A stretch of DNA of 64,000 nt from Bugula neritina (Eukaryota > Animalia > Bryozoa), in assembly GCA_964035545.1 (NCBI GenBank), contig OZ037766.1, positions 12,142,722-12,206,721 of the forward strand, read 5' to 3'. Both the position numbers and the translations under genes were made by a program. Shown in pieces: positions 55,501-64,000 of the stretch (positions within the stretch are counted from its first letter, which is position 1; each line of letters opens with the position of its first letter). Under the pieces are notes generated by a model. It worked only from the letters and a program-made list of their open reading frames with translations. It was not told the origin of the DNA and ran no database searches.

Positions 55501-58500
55501 CACTGGGGAACATGCTTCTCAAAAAGGCATGAATATGGGCTATACTTGGCATGCTGGTGATCATCCCTTAGACAAATTGTCTCAAGAATCACAAGGAATT
55601 CTACACCATCAAACTGGTACTGGTGAACATGCTTCCCAAAAAGGAATGTCAATTGGTAAAGTGAGAATGGCAGCTGACACTCCCACTGATGAAATGGCAA
55701 TGGAATCTCAAGGTGTTCTCCACTCTCAAACTGGCACTGGGGAACATGCTTCTCAAAAAGGCATGAATATGGGCTATACGTGGCATGCTGGTGATCATCC
55801 CTTAGACAAATTGTCTCAAGAATCACAAGGAATTCTACACCATCAAACTGGTACTGGTGAACATGCTTCTCAAAAAGGAATGTCAATTGGTAAAGTGAGA
55901 ATGGCAGCTGACACTCCCGCTGATGAAATGGCAATGGAATCTCAAGGTGTTCTCCACTCTCAAACTGGCACTGGGGAACATGCTTCTCAAAAAGGCATGA
56001 ATATGGGCTATACTTGGCATGCTGGTGATCATCCCTTAGACAAATTGTCTCAAGAATCACAAGGAGTTCTACACCATCAAACTGGTACTGGTGAACATGC
56101 TTCCCAAAAAGGAATGTCAATTGGTAAAGTGAGAATGGCAGCTGACACTCCCACTGATGAAATGGCAATGGGATCTCAAGGTGTTCTCCACTCTCAAACT
56201 GGCACTGGGGAACATGCTTCTCAAAAAGGCATGAATATGGGCTATACTTGGCATGCTGGTGATCATCCCTTAGACAAATTGTCTCAAGAATCACAAGGAA
56301 TTCTACACCATCAAACTGGTACTGGTGAACATGCTTCCCAAAAAGGAATGTCAATTGGTAAAGTGAGAATGGCAGCTGACACTCCCACTGATGAAATGGC
56401 AATGGAATCTCAAGGTGTTCTCCACTCTCAAACTGGCACTGGGGAACATGCTTCTCAAAAAGGCATGAATATGGGCTATACTTGGCATGCTGGTGATCAT
56501 CCCTTAGACAAATTGTCTCAAGAATCACAAGGAATTCTACACCATCAAACTGGTACTGGTGAACATGCTTCCCAAAAAGGAATGTCAATTGGTAAAGTGA
56601 GAATGGCAGCTGACACTCCCACTGATGAAATGGCAATGGAATCTCAAGGTGTTCTCCACTCTCAAACTGGCACTGGGGAACATGCTTCTCAAAAAGGCAT
56701 GAATATGGGCTATACGTGGCATGCTGGTGATCATCCCTTAGACAAATTGTCTCAAGAATCACAAGGAATTCTACACCATCAAACTGGTACTGGTGAACAT
56801 GCTTCCCAAGAAGGAATGTCAATTGGTAAAGTGAGAATGGCAGCTGACACTCCCGCTGATGAAATGGCAATGGAATCTCAAGGTGTTCTCCACTGTCAAA
56901 CTGGCACTGGGGAACATGCTTCTCAAAAAGGCATGAATATGGGCTATACTTGGCATGCTGGTGATCATCCCTTAGACAAATTGTCTCAAGAATCACAAGG
57001 AATTCTACACCATCAAACTGGTACTGGTGAACATGCTTCCCAAAAAGGAATGTCAATTGGTAAAGTGAGAATGGCAGCTGACACTCCCACTGATGAAATG
57101 GCAATGGAATCGCAAGGTGTTCTCCACTCTCAAACTGGCACTGGGGAACATGCTTCTCAAAAAGGCATGAATATGGGCTATACTTGGCATGCTGGTGATC
57201 ATCCCTTAGACAAATTGTCTCAAGAATCACAAGGAATTCTACACCATCAAACTGGTACTGGTGAACATGCTTCCCAAAAAGGAATGTCAATTGGTAAAGT
57301 GAGAATGGCAGCTGACACTCCCGCTGATGAAATGGCAATGGAATCTCAAGGTGTTCTCCACTCTCAAACTGGCACTGGGGAACATGCTTCTCAAAAAGGC
57401 ATGAATATGGGCTATACTTGGCATGCTGGTGATCATCCCTTAGACAAATTGTCTCAAGAATCACAAGGAATTCTACACCATCAAACTGGTACTGGTGAAC
57501 ATGCTTCCCAAAAAGGAATGTCAATTGGTAAAGTGAGAATGGCAGCTGACACTCCCACTGATGAAATGGCAATGGAATCTCAAGGTGTTCTCCACTCTCA
57601 AACTGGCACTGGGGAACATGCTTCTCAAAAAGGCATGAATATGGGCTATACGTGGCATGCTGGTGATCATCCCTTAGACAAATTGTCTCAAGAATCACAA
57701 GGAATTCTACACCATCAAACTGGTACTGGTGAACATGCTTACCAAAAAGGAATGTCAATTGGTAAAGTGAGAATGGCAGCTGACACTCCCACTGATGAAA
57801 TGGCAATGGAATCTCAAGGTGTTCTCCACTCTCAAACTGGCACTGGGGAACATGCTTCTCAAAAAGGCATGAATATGGGCTATACTTGGCATGCTGGTGA
57901 TCATCCCTTAGACAAATTGTCTCAAGAATCACAAGGAGTTCTACACCATCAAACTGGTACTGGTGAACATGCTTCCCAAAAAGGAATGTCAATTGGTAAA
58001 GTGAGAATGGCAGCTGACACTCCCACTAATGAAATGGCAATGGAATCTCAAGGTGTTCTCCACTCTCAAACTGGCACTGGGGAACATGCTTCTCAAAAAG
58101 GCATGAATATGGGCTATACTTGGCATGCTGGTGATCATCCCTTAGACAAATTGTCTCAAGAATCACAAGGAATTCTACACCATCAAACTGGTACTGGTGA
58201 ACATGCTTCCCAAAAAGGAATGTCAATTGGTAAAGTGAGAATGGCAGCTGACACTCCCACTGATGAAATGGCAATTGAATCTCAAGGTGTTCTCCACTCT
58301 CAAACTGGCACCGGGGAACATGCTTCTCAAAAAGGCATGAATATGGGCTATACTTGGCATGCTGGTGATCATCCCTTAGACAAATTGTCTCAAGAATCAC
58401 AAGGAATTCTACACCATCAAACTGGTACTGGTGAACATGCTTCCCAAAAAGGAATGTCAATTGGTAAAGTGAGAATGGCAGCTGACACTCCCACTGATGA

Positions 58501-61500
58501 AATGGCAATGGAATCTCAAGGTGTTCTCCACTCTCAAACTGGCACTGGGGAACATGCTTCTCAAAAAGGCATGAATATGGGCTATACTTGGCATGCTGGT
58601 GATCATCCCTTAGACAAATTGTCTCAAGAATCACAAGGAATTCTACACCATCAAACTGGTACTGGTGAACATGCTTCCCAAAAAGGAATGTCAATTGGTA
58701 AAGTGAGAATGGCAGCTGACACTCCCACTGATGAAATGGCAATGGAATCTCAAGGTGTTCTCCACTCTCAAACTGGCACTGGGGAACATGCTTCTCAAAA
58801 AGGCATGAATATGGGCTATACTTGGCATGCTGGTGATCATCCCTTAGACAAATTGTCTCAAGAATCACAAGGAATTCTACACCATCAAACTGGTACTGGT
58901 GAACATGCTTCCCAAAAAGGAATGTCAATTGGTAAAGTGAGAATGGCAGCTGACACTCCCACTGATGAAATGGCAATGGAATCTCAAGGTGTTCTCCACT
59001 CTCAAACTGGCACTGGGGAACATGCTTCTCAAAAAGGCATGAATATGGGCTATACGTGGCATGCTGGTGATCATCCCTTAGACAAATTGTCTCAAGAATC
59101 ACAAGGAATTCTACACCATCAAACTGGTACTGGTGAACATGCTTCCCAAAAAGGTATGTCAATTGGTAAAGTGAGAATGGCAGCTGACACTCCCACTGAT
59201 GAAATGGCAATGGAATCTCAAGGTGTTCTCCACTCTCAAACTGGCACTGGGGAACATGCTTCTCAAAAAGGCATGAATATGGGCTATACTTGGCATGCTG
59301 GTGATCATCCCTTAGACAAATTGTCTCAAGAATCACAAGGAGTTCTACACCATCAAACTGGTACTGGTGAACATGCTTCCCAAAAAGGAATGTCAATTGG
59401 TAAAGTGAGAATGGCAGCTGACACTCCCACTGATGAAATGGCAATGGAATCTCAAGGTGTTCTCCACTCTCAAACTGGCACTGGGGAACATGCTTCTCAA
59501 AAAGGCATGAATATGGGCTATACTTGGCATGCTGGTGATCATCCCTTAGACAAATTGTCTCAAGAATCACAAGGAATTCTACACCATCAAACTGGTACTG
59601 GTGAACATACTTCCCAAAAAGGAATGTCAATTGGTAAAGTGAGAATGGCAGCTGACACTCCCACTGATGAAATGGCAATGGAATCTCAAGGTGTTCTCCA
59701 CTCTCAAACTGGCACTGGGGAACATGCTTCTCAAAAAGGCATGAATATGGGCTATACTTGGCATGCTGGTGATCATCCCTTGGACAAATTGTCTCAAGAA
59801 TCACAAGGAATTCTACACCATCAAACTGGTACTGGTGAACATGCTTCCCAAAAAGGAATGTCAATTGGTAAAGTGAGAATGGCGGCTGACACTCCCACTG
59901 CTGAAATGGCAATGGAATCTCAAGGTGTTCTCCACTCTCAAACTGGCACTGGGGAACATGCTTCTCAAAAAGGCATGAATATGGGCTATACTTGGCATGC
60001 TGGTGATCATCCCTTAGACAAATTGTCTCAAGAATCACAAGGAATTCTACACCATCAAACTGGTACTGGTGAACATGCTTCCCAAAAAGGAATGTCAATT
60101 GGTAAAGTGAGAATGGCAGCTGACACTCCCACTGATGAAATGGCAATGGAATCTCAAGGTGTTCTCCACTCTCAAACTGGCACTGGGGAACATGCTTCTC
60201 AAAAAGGCATGAATATGGGCTATACTTGGCATGCTGGTGATCATCCCTTGGACAAATTGTCTCAAGAATCACAAGGAATACTACATCATCAAACTGGTAC
60301 TGGTGAACATGCTTCCCAAAAAGGAATGTCAATTGGTAAAGTGAGAATGGCAGCTGACACTCCCACTGATGAAATGGCAATGGAATCTCAAGGTGTTCTC
60401 CACTCTCAAACTGGCACTGGGGAACATGCTTCTCAAAAAGGCATGAATATGGGCTATACTTGGCATGCTGGTGATCATCCCTTAGACAAATTGTCTCAAG
60501 AATCACAAGGAATTCTACACCATCAAACTGGTACTGGTGAACATGCTTCCCAAAAAGGAATGTCAATTGGTAAAGTGAGAATGGCAGCTGACACTCCCAC
60601 TGATGAAATGGCAATGGAATCTCAAGGTGTTCTCCACTCTCAAACTGGCACTGGGGAACATGCTTCTCAAAAAGGCATGAATATGGGCTATACGTGGCAT
60701 GCTGGTGATCATCCCTTAGACAAATTGTCTCAAGAATCACAAGGAATTCTACACCATCAAACTGGTACTGGTGAACATGCTTCCCAAAAAGGAATGTCAA
60801 TTGGTAAAGTGAGAATGGCAGCTGACACTCCCACTGATGAAATGGCAATGGAATCTCAAGGTGTTCTCCACTCTCAAACTGGCACTGGGGAACATGCTTC
60901 TCAAAAAGGCATGAATATGGGCTATACTTGGCATGCTGGTGATCATCCCTTAGACAAATTGTCTCAAGAATCACAAGGAGTTCTACACCATCAAACTGGT
61001 ACTGGTGAACATGCTTCCCAAAAAGGAATGTCAATTGGTAAAGTGAGAATGGCAGCTGACACTCCCACTGATGAAATGGCAATGGAATCTCAAGGTGTTC
61101 TCCACTCTCAAACTGGCACTGGGGAACATGCTTCTCAAAAAGGCATGAATATGGGCTATACTTGGCATGCTGGTGATCATCCCTTAGACAAATTGTCTCA
61201 AGAATCACAAGGAATTCTACACCATCAAACTGGTACTGGTGAACATGCTTCCCAAAAAGGAATGTCAATTGGTAAAGTGAGAATGGCAGCTGACACTCCC
61301 ACTGATGAAATGGCAATGGAATCTCAAGGTGTTCTCCACTCTCAAACTGGCACTGGGGAACATGCTTCTCAAAAAGGCATGAATATGGGCTATACTTGGC
61401 ATGCTGGTGATCATCCCTTGGACAAATTGTCTCAAGAATCACAAGGAATTCTACACCATCAAACTGGTACTGGTGAACATGCTTCCCAAAAAGGAATGTC

Positions 61501-64000
61501 AATTGGTAAAGTGAGAATGGCGGCTGACACTCCCACTGATGAAATGGCAATGGAATCTCAAGGTGTTCTCCACTCTCAAACTGGCACTGGGGAACATGCT
61601 TCTCAAAAAGGCATGAATATGGGCTATACTTGGCATGCTGGTGATCATCCCTTAGACAAATTGTCTCAAGAATCACAAGGAATTCTACACCATCAAACTG
61701 GTACTGGTGAACATGCTTCCCAAAAAGGAATGTCAATTGGTAAAGTGAGAATGGCGGCTGACACTCCCACTGATGAAATGGCAATGGAATCTCAAGGTGT
61801 TCTCCACTCTCAAACTGGCACTGGGGAACATGCTTCTCAAAAAGGCATGAATATGGGCTATACTTGGCATGCTGGTGATCATCCCTTAGACAAATTGTCT
61901 CAAGAATCACAAGGAATTCTACACCATCAAACTGGTACTGGTGAACATGCTTCTCAAAAAGGAATGTCAATTGGTAAAGTGAGAATGGCAGCTGACACTC
62001 CCACTGATGAAATGGCAATGGAATCTCAAGGTGTTCTCCACTCTCAAACTGGCACTGGGGAACATGCTTCTCAAAAAGGCATGAATATGGGCTATACTTG
62101 GCATGCTGGTGATCATCCCTTGGACAAATTGTCTCAAGAATCACAAGGAATACTACATCATCAAACTGGTACTGGTGAACATGCTTCCCAAAAAGGAATG
62201 TCAATTGGTAAAGTGAGAATGGCAGCTGACACTCCCACTGATGAAATGACAATAGAATCTCAAGGTGTTCTCCACTCTCAAACTGGCACTGGGGAACATG
62301 CTTCTCAAAAAGGCATGAATATGGGCTATACTTGGCATGCTGGTGATCATCCCTTGGACAAATTGTCTCAAGAATCACAAGGAATTCTACATCATCAAAC
62401 TGGTACTGGTGAACATGCTTCCCAAAAAGGAATGTCAATTGGTAAAGTGAGAATGGCGGCTGACACTCCCACTGATGAAATGGCAATGGATTCTCAAGGT
62501 GTTCTCCACTCTCAAACTGGCACTGGGGAACATGCTTCTCAAAAAGGCATGAATATGGGCTATACTTGGCATGCTGGTGATCATCCCTTAGACAAATTGT
62601 CTCAAGAATCACAAGGAATTCTACACCATCAAACTGGTACTGGTGAACATGCTTCTCAAAAAGGAATGTCAATTGGTAAAGTGAGAATGGCAGCTGACAC
62701 TCCCACTGCTGAAATGGCAATGGAATCTCAAGGTGTTCTCCACATTCAAACTGGCACTGGGGAACATGCTTCTCAAAAAGGCATGAATATGGGCTATACT
62801 TGGCATGCTGGTGATCATCCCTTGGACAAATTGTCTCAAGAATCACAAGGAATTCTACATCATCAAACTGGTACTGGTGAACATGCTTCCCAAAAAGGAA
62901 TGTCAATTGGTAAAGTGAGAATGGCAGCTGACACTCCCACTGATGAAATGACAATGGAATCTCAAGGTGTTCTCCACTCTCAAACTGGCACTGGGGAACA
63001 TGCTTCTCAAAAAGGCATGAATATGGGCTATACGTGGCATGCTGGTGATCATCCCTTGGACAAATTGTCTCAAGAATCACAAGGAATTCTACATCATCAA
63101 ACTGGTACTGGTGAACATGCTTCCCAAAAAGGAATGTCAATTGGTAAAGTGAGAATGGCAGCTGACACTCCCACTGCTGAAATGGCAATGGAATCTCAAG
63201 GTGTTCTCCACTCTCAAACTGGCACTGGGGAACATGCTTCTCAAAAAGGCATGAATATGGGCTATACTTGGCATGCTGGTGATCATCCCTTGGACAAATT
63301 GTCTCAAGAATCACAAGGAATTCTACATCATCAAACTGGTACTGGTGAACATGCTTCCCAAAAAGGAATGTCAATTGGTAAAGTGAGAATGGCGGCTGAC
63401 ACTCCCACTGATGAAATGACAATGGAATCTCAAGGTGTTCTCCACTCTCAAACTGGCACTGGGGAACATGCTTCTCAAAAAGGCATGAATATGGGCTATA
63501 CTTGGCATGCTGGTGATCATCCCTTGGACAACTTCTCTCAAGAATCACAAGGAATTCTACACCATCAAACTGGTACTGGTGAACATGCTTCCCAAAAAGG
63601 AATGTCAATTGGTAAAGTGAGAATGGCAGCTGACACTCCCACTGATGAAATGACAATAGAATCTCAAGGTGTTCTCCACTCTCAAACTGGCACTGGGGAA
63701 CATGCTTCTCAAAAAGGCATGAATATGGGCTATACTTGGCATGCTGGTGATCATCCCTTGGACAAATTGTCTCAAGAATCACAAGGAATTCTACATCATC
63801 AAACTGGTACTGGTGAACATGCTTCCCAAAAAGGAATGTCAATTGGTAAAGTGAGAATGGCGGCTGACACTCCCACTGATGAAATGACAATGGAATCTCA
63901 AGGTGTTCTCCACTCTCAAACTGGCACTGGGGAACATGCTTCTCAAAAAGGCATGAATATGGGCTATACTTGGCATGCTGGTGATCATCCCTTAGACAAA
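10463..64000 (+). CDS. Giant calponin/transgelin(MP20)-family protein: CH domain + about 200 CLIK-derived 39-aa repeats (multi-exon, 3' end outside window)
   Basis: Frame-consistent GT-AG exon chain from ATG 10463 through the CH domain, GPK...RNFTMEQL...IIGLQSG linker and GTNKFASQKGM repeats into derived-repeat exons and a >14-kb open exon. Confidence 0.88.
10562..10720. mobile_element. Short intronic MITE (about 159 bp)
   Basis: TAGGTGCAGTGATGGAGAAATTGAG ... CTCAATTTCTCCACTACTGCTCCTA, a 25-bp inverted repeat with 3 mismatches. Confidence 0.7.
11882..12085 (+). mobile_element. tRNA-derived SINE-like element (decayed)
   Basis: A-box-like TGGCCTATTGG (11882) and B-box-like GGTTCAAATACC (11926) at tRNA-like spacing, followed by a non-tRNA body. 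No cloverleaf. The 3' end is approximate. Confidence 0.45.
12284..12370 (+). CDS. Phase-0 exon DIKTQTFKETAADGTVTVTTRTTTTYEGG
   Basis: cag|GAT ... GGG|gtgaga, 87 nt, open, more GC-rich than its flanks. Confidence 0.7.
12929..13012 (+). CDS. Phase-0 exon RTEVQESKEVHKPQQQIVIKQPESRRRQ
   Basis: ttttag|AGA ... CAG|gtttgc, 84 nt, open. Confidence 0.65.
13064..14840 (+). repeat. Four tandem units of about 440 bp, each with a phase-0 exon (13235-13351, 13679-13804, 14113-14238, 14561-14686) encoding DGRTVEEV.PDDSVVRRRTSRS.VSSS..DSLTSRR.QR
   Basis: Each copy has ctgtag|GAT ... CGT|gtatgt. Lengths are 117/126/126/126 nt, and the only exonic indel is 9 nt, in frame. Confidence 0.85.
14845..14967 (+). 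CDS. Phase-0 exon NADTAQELEDDDSMNIVRRSRTSLPGRSRITHRRIGSEYKA
   Basis: gtag|AAC ... GCG|gtaagc, 123 nt, open. Confidence 0.72.
15327..15443 (+). CDS. Phase-0 exon SNEDQSEEGISSSSQHSFSYGGDGESQIFRTGLEDNLHS
   Basis: tttctag|TCA ... AGT|gtgagt, 117 nt, open. Confidence 0.7.
15552..15701 (+). CDS. Phase-0 exon VNKREYERDTRKDPFSSTSTSTTKFEYGESRDTAPTLQKVEGLPEENDDV (3' boundary uncertain)
   Basis: ttttag|GTA, open hydrophilic frame, GTG|gtgagg donor at 15702. The frame stays open to 15890, so a later donor is possible. Confidence 0.55.
16322..18332 (+). CDS. Calponin-homology (CH) domain, three exons: 16322-16452, 16856-16958, 18195-18332
   Basis: Spliced translation LLAKYDYGAENEVREWIQAVTG...ELKSGVVLCNLISAL...AFKQMENIEIYLKAASLYGV...IFPTVDLFENRNLGAVIAGLQSLG has the calponin/MP20 CH hallmarks (KYD, EW, LKxGxxLC, FKQMENI, F.TVDL.E). 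Phases 2 and 0 match across the junctions. Confidence 0.95.
18553..18670 (+). CDS. Linker exon AQRHEFSGATCGPKPTVKNKRNFTMEQLKNGDSIIGLQS(G)
   Basis: Canonical calponin GPK....R.F..EQL..G..IIGLQ.G motif. gtcag| ... G|gtaggt, phase 0 to 1. Confidence 0.93.
19392..20918 (+). CDS. Three 234-nt phase-1 exons (19392-19625, 20298-20531, 20685-20918), each with two canonical calponin (CLIK) repeats
   Basis: GTNKFASQKGMSMG(A/K)VRHI(A/S)DIRADD....G.G.I.LQ(A/S) x6 with 39-aa period. Synonymous sites are diverged between copies. Confidence 0.95.
21254..21373 (+). CDS. 120-nt phase-1 exon, divergent transitional repeat (E)GGSSAKSQGVVYGSMRHAADTKVEPWIDQKGQGIVTSQT(G)
   Basis: TACTAAC branch point at 21237-21243, aag acceptor, G|gtactt donor. 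It keeps the G..RH.AD and QG.....Q.G repeat signature. Confidence 0.75.
26459..29456 (-). mobile_element. Decayed Academ-type DNA transposon (about 3.0 kb) inserted in an array intron
   Basis: TAT|TAGTCTAGAGGTAACTTCCCA ... TGGGATGTTAAACTTCTAGACTA|TAT gives an imperfect TIR with TAG..CTA ends and a 3-bp TSD. Internal remnants of an XPG-like GCD motif and a Cys-rich CXC tail match the domain content known for Academ elements. Confidence 0.75.
27210..27923 (-). pseudogene. Remnant of Academ protein: XPG/FEN1-like nuclease segment + CXC cysteine cluster
   Basis: IIKSQDIDVFIL...LPGFHTLAGCDFIS (27923-27663), and CCCKTSCKTS*CKCQKSSMQCTAVCPCKDCLN (about 27305-27210) with an in-frame stop at 27275-27273. 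Several further disruptions lie between them. Confidence 0.7.
31020..31487 (+). CDS. 468-nt four-repeat exon (B-C-B-A)
   Basis: ctacag|GTACAGG ... ACAG|gtacaa. It is the only exon before 49884 that contains the type C repeat (GMSIGKVRMAADTPTDEMAMESQGVLHSQT). Confidence 0.85.
37197..38666 (+). mobile_element. Internally deleted, decayed Gypsy LTR retrotransposon in an intron (copy 1)
   Basis: Diverged direct repeats start at 37197 and 38403. The 3' LTR (38403-38666) has TGTTATA..TATAACA ends after a purine-rich GGATAGGA. RT remnants read ATPFG*YGFLRLTFNISLASE and LKLNLAKCSFEKSEHRYLDHIIGQGVITADP. Confidence 0.75.
45618..47090 (+). mobile_element. Second copy of the same decayed Gypsy relic
   Basis: Near-identical to 37197-38666 at an offset of about 8421 bp, including the same intron flanks. 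3' LTR at 46824-47090. Confidence 0.75.
49884..64000 (+). CDS. Giant intronless exon (>14.1 kb, >4,700 aa): about 60 tandem 234-bp units encoding alternating B and C CLIK-derived repeats
   Basis: tttttacag|GGACAGGT phase-1 acceptor. The unit is GTGEHASQKGMNMGYTWHAGDHPLDKLSQESQGILHHQT-GTGEHASQKGMSIGKVRMAADTPTDEMAMESQGVLHSQT. No stop or indel was seen up to the window end, which is why it is absent from the ORF track. Confidence 0.92.

Noticed and set aside
49878-63890. Two huge minus-strand ORFs (2704 aa and 1954 aa)
   Set aside because: They are antisense shadows of the tandem repeat: one stop-free unit repeated gives a long ORF. A single variant near 58028 breaks this frame while the plus frame, which has calponin homology and a splice acceptor, stays open.
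49884-64000. Non-coding satellite DNA interpretation
   Set aside because: The unit length is a multiple of 3, the frame is open throughout, and the same units occur as spliced exons upstream.

Overview
AT-rich animal (invertebrate-like) genomic DNA with spliceosomal GT-AG introns. Bases 1-2945 hold the 5' half of an apparently intact Ty3/Gypsy LTR retrotransposon on the minus strand: short LTR, tRNA-Leu primer-binding site, gag with CCHC knuckle, a -1 frameshift signal, and protease/RT. From 10463 to beyond the window end lies one plus-strand gene for a giant calponin/transgelin(MP20)-family protein, which the ORF track mostly misses. Its parts are: (1) an MANR... first coding exon; (2) nine phase-0 Ser/Arg/acidic exons, four of them tandem copies; (3) a CH domain; (4) six canonical 39-aa calponin (CLIK) repeats and one transitional repeat; (5) about 69 (my count) near-identical phase-1 exons of 117/234/468 nt encoding about 82 derived repeats; (6) an intronless open exon of >14.1 kb with about 60 copies of a 234-bp two-repeat unit. 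If all exons were joined, the product would exceed 8,600 aa with about 200 CLIK-derived repeats and would still be open at 64000. The introns carry a decayed Academ-type DNA transposon, a duplicated decayed Gypsy relic, MITEs and a SINE-like element. The two huge minus-strand ORFs in the track are antisense shadows of the giant exon. All exon calls come from splice signals and frame continuity, with no transcript evidence.
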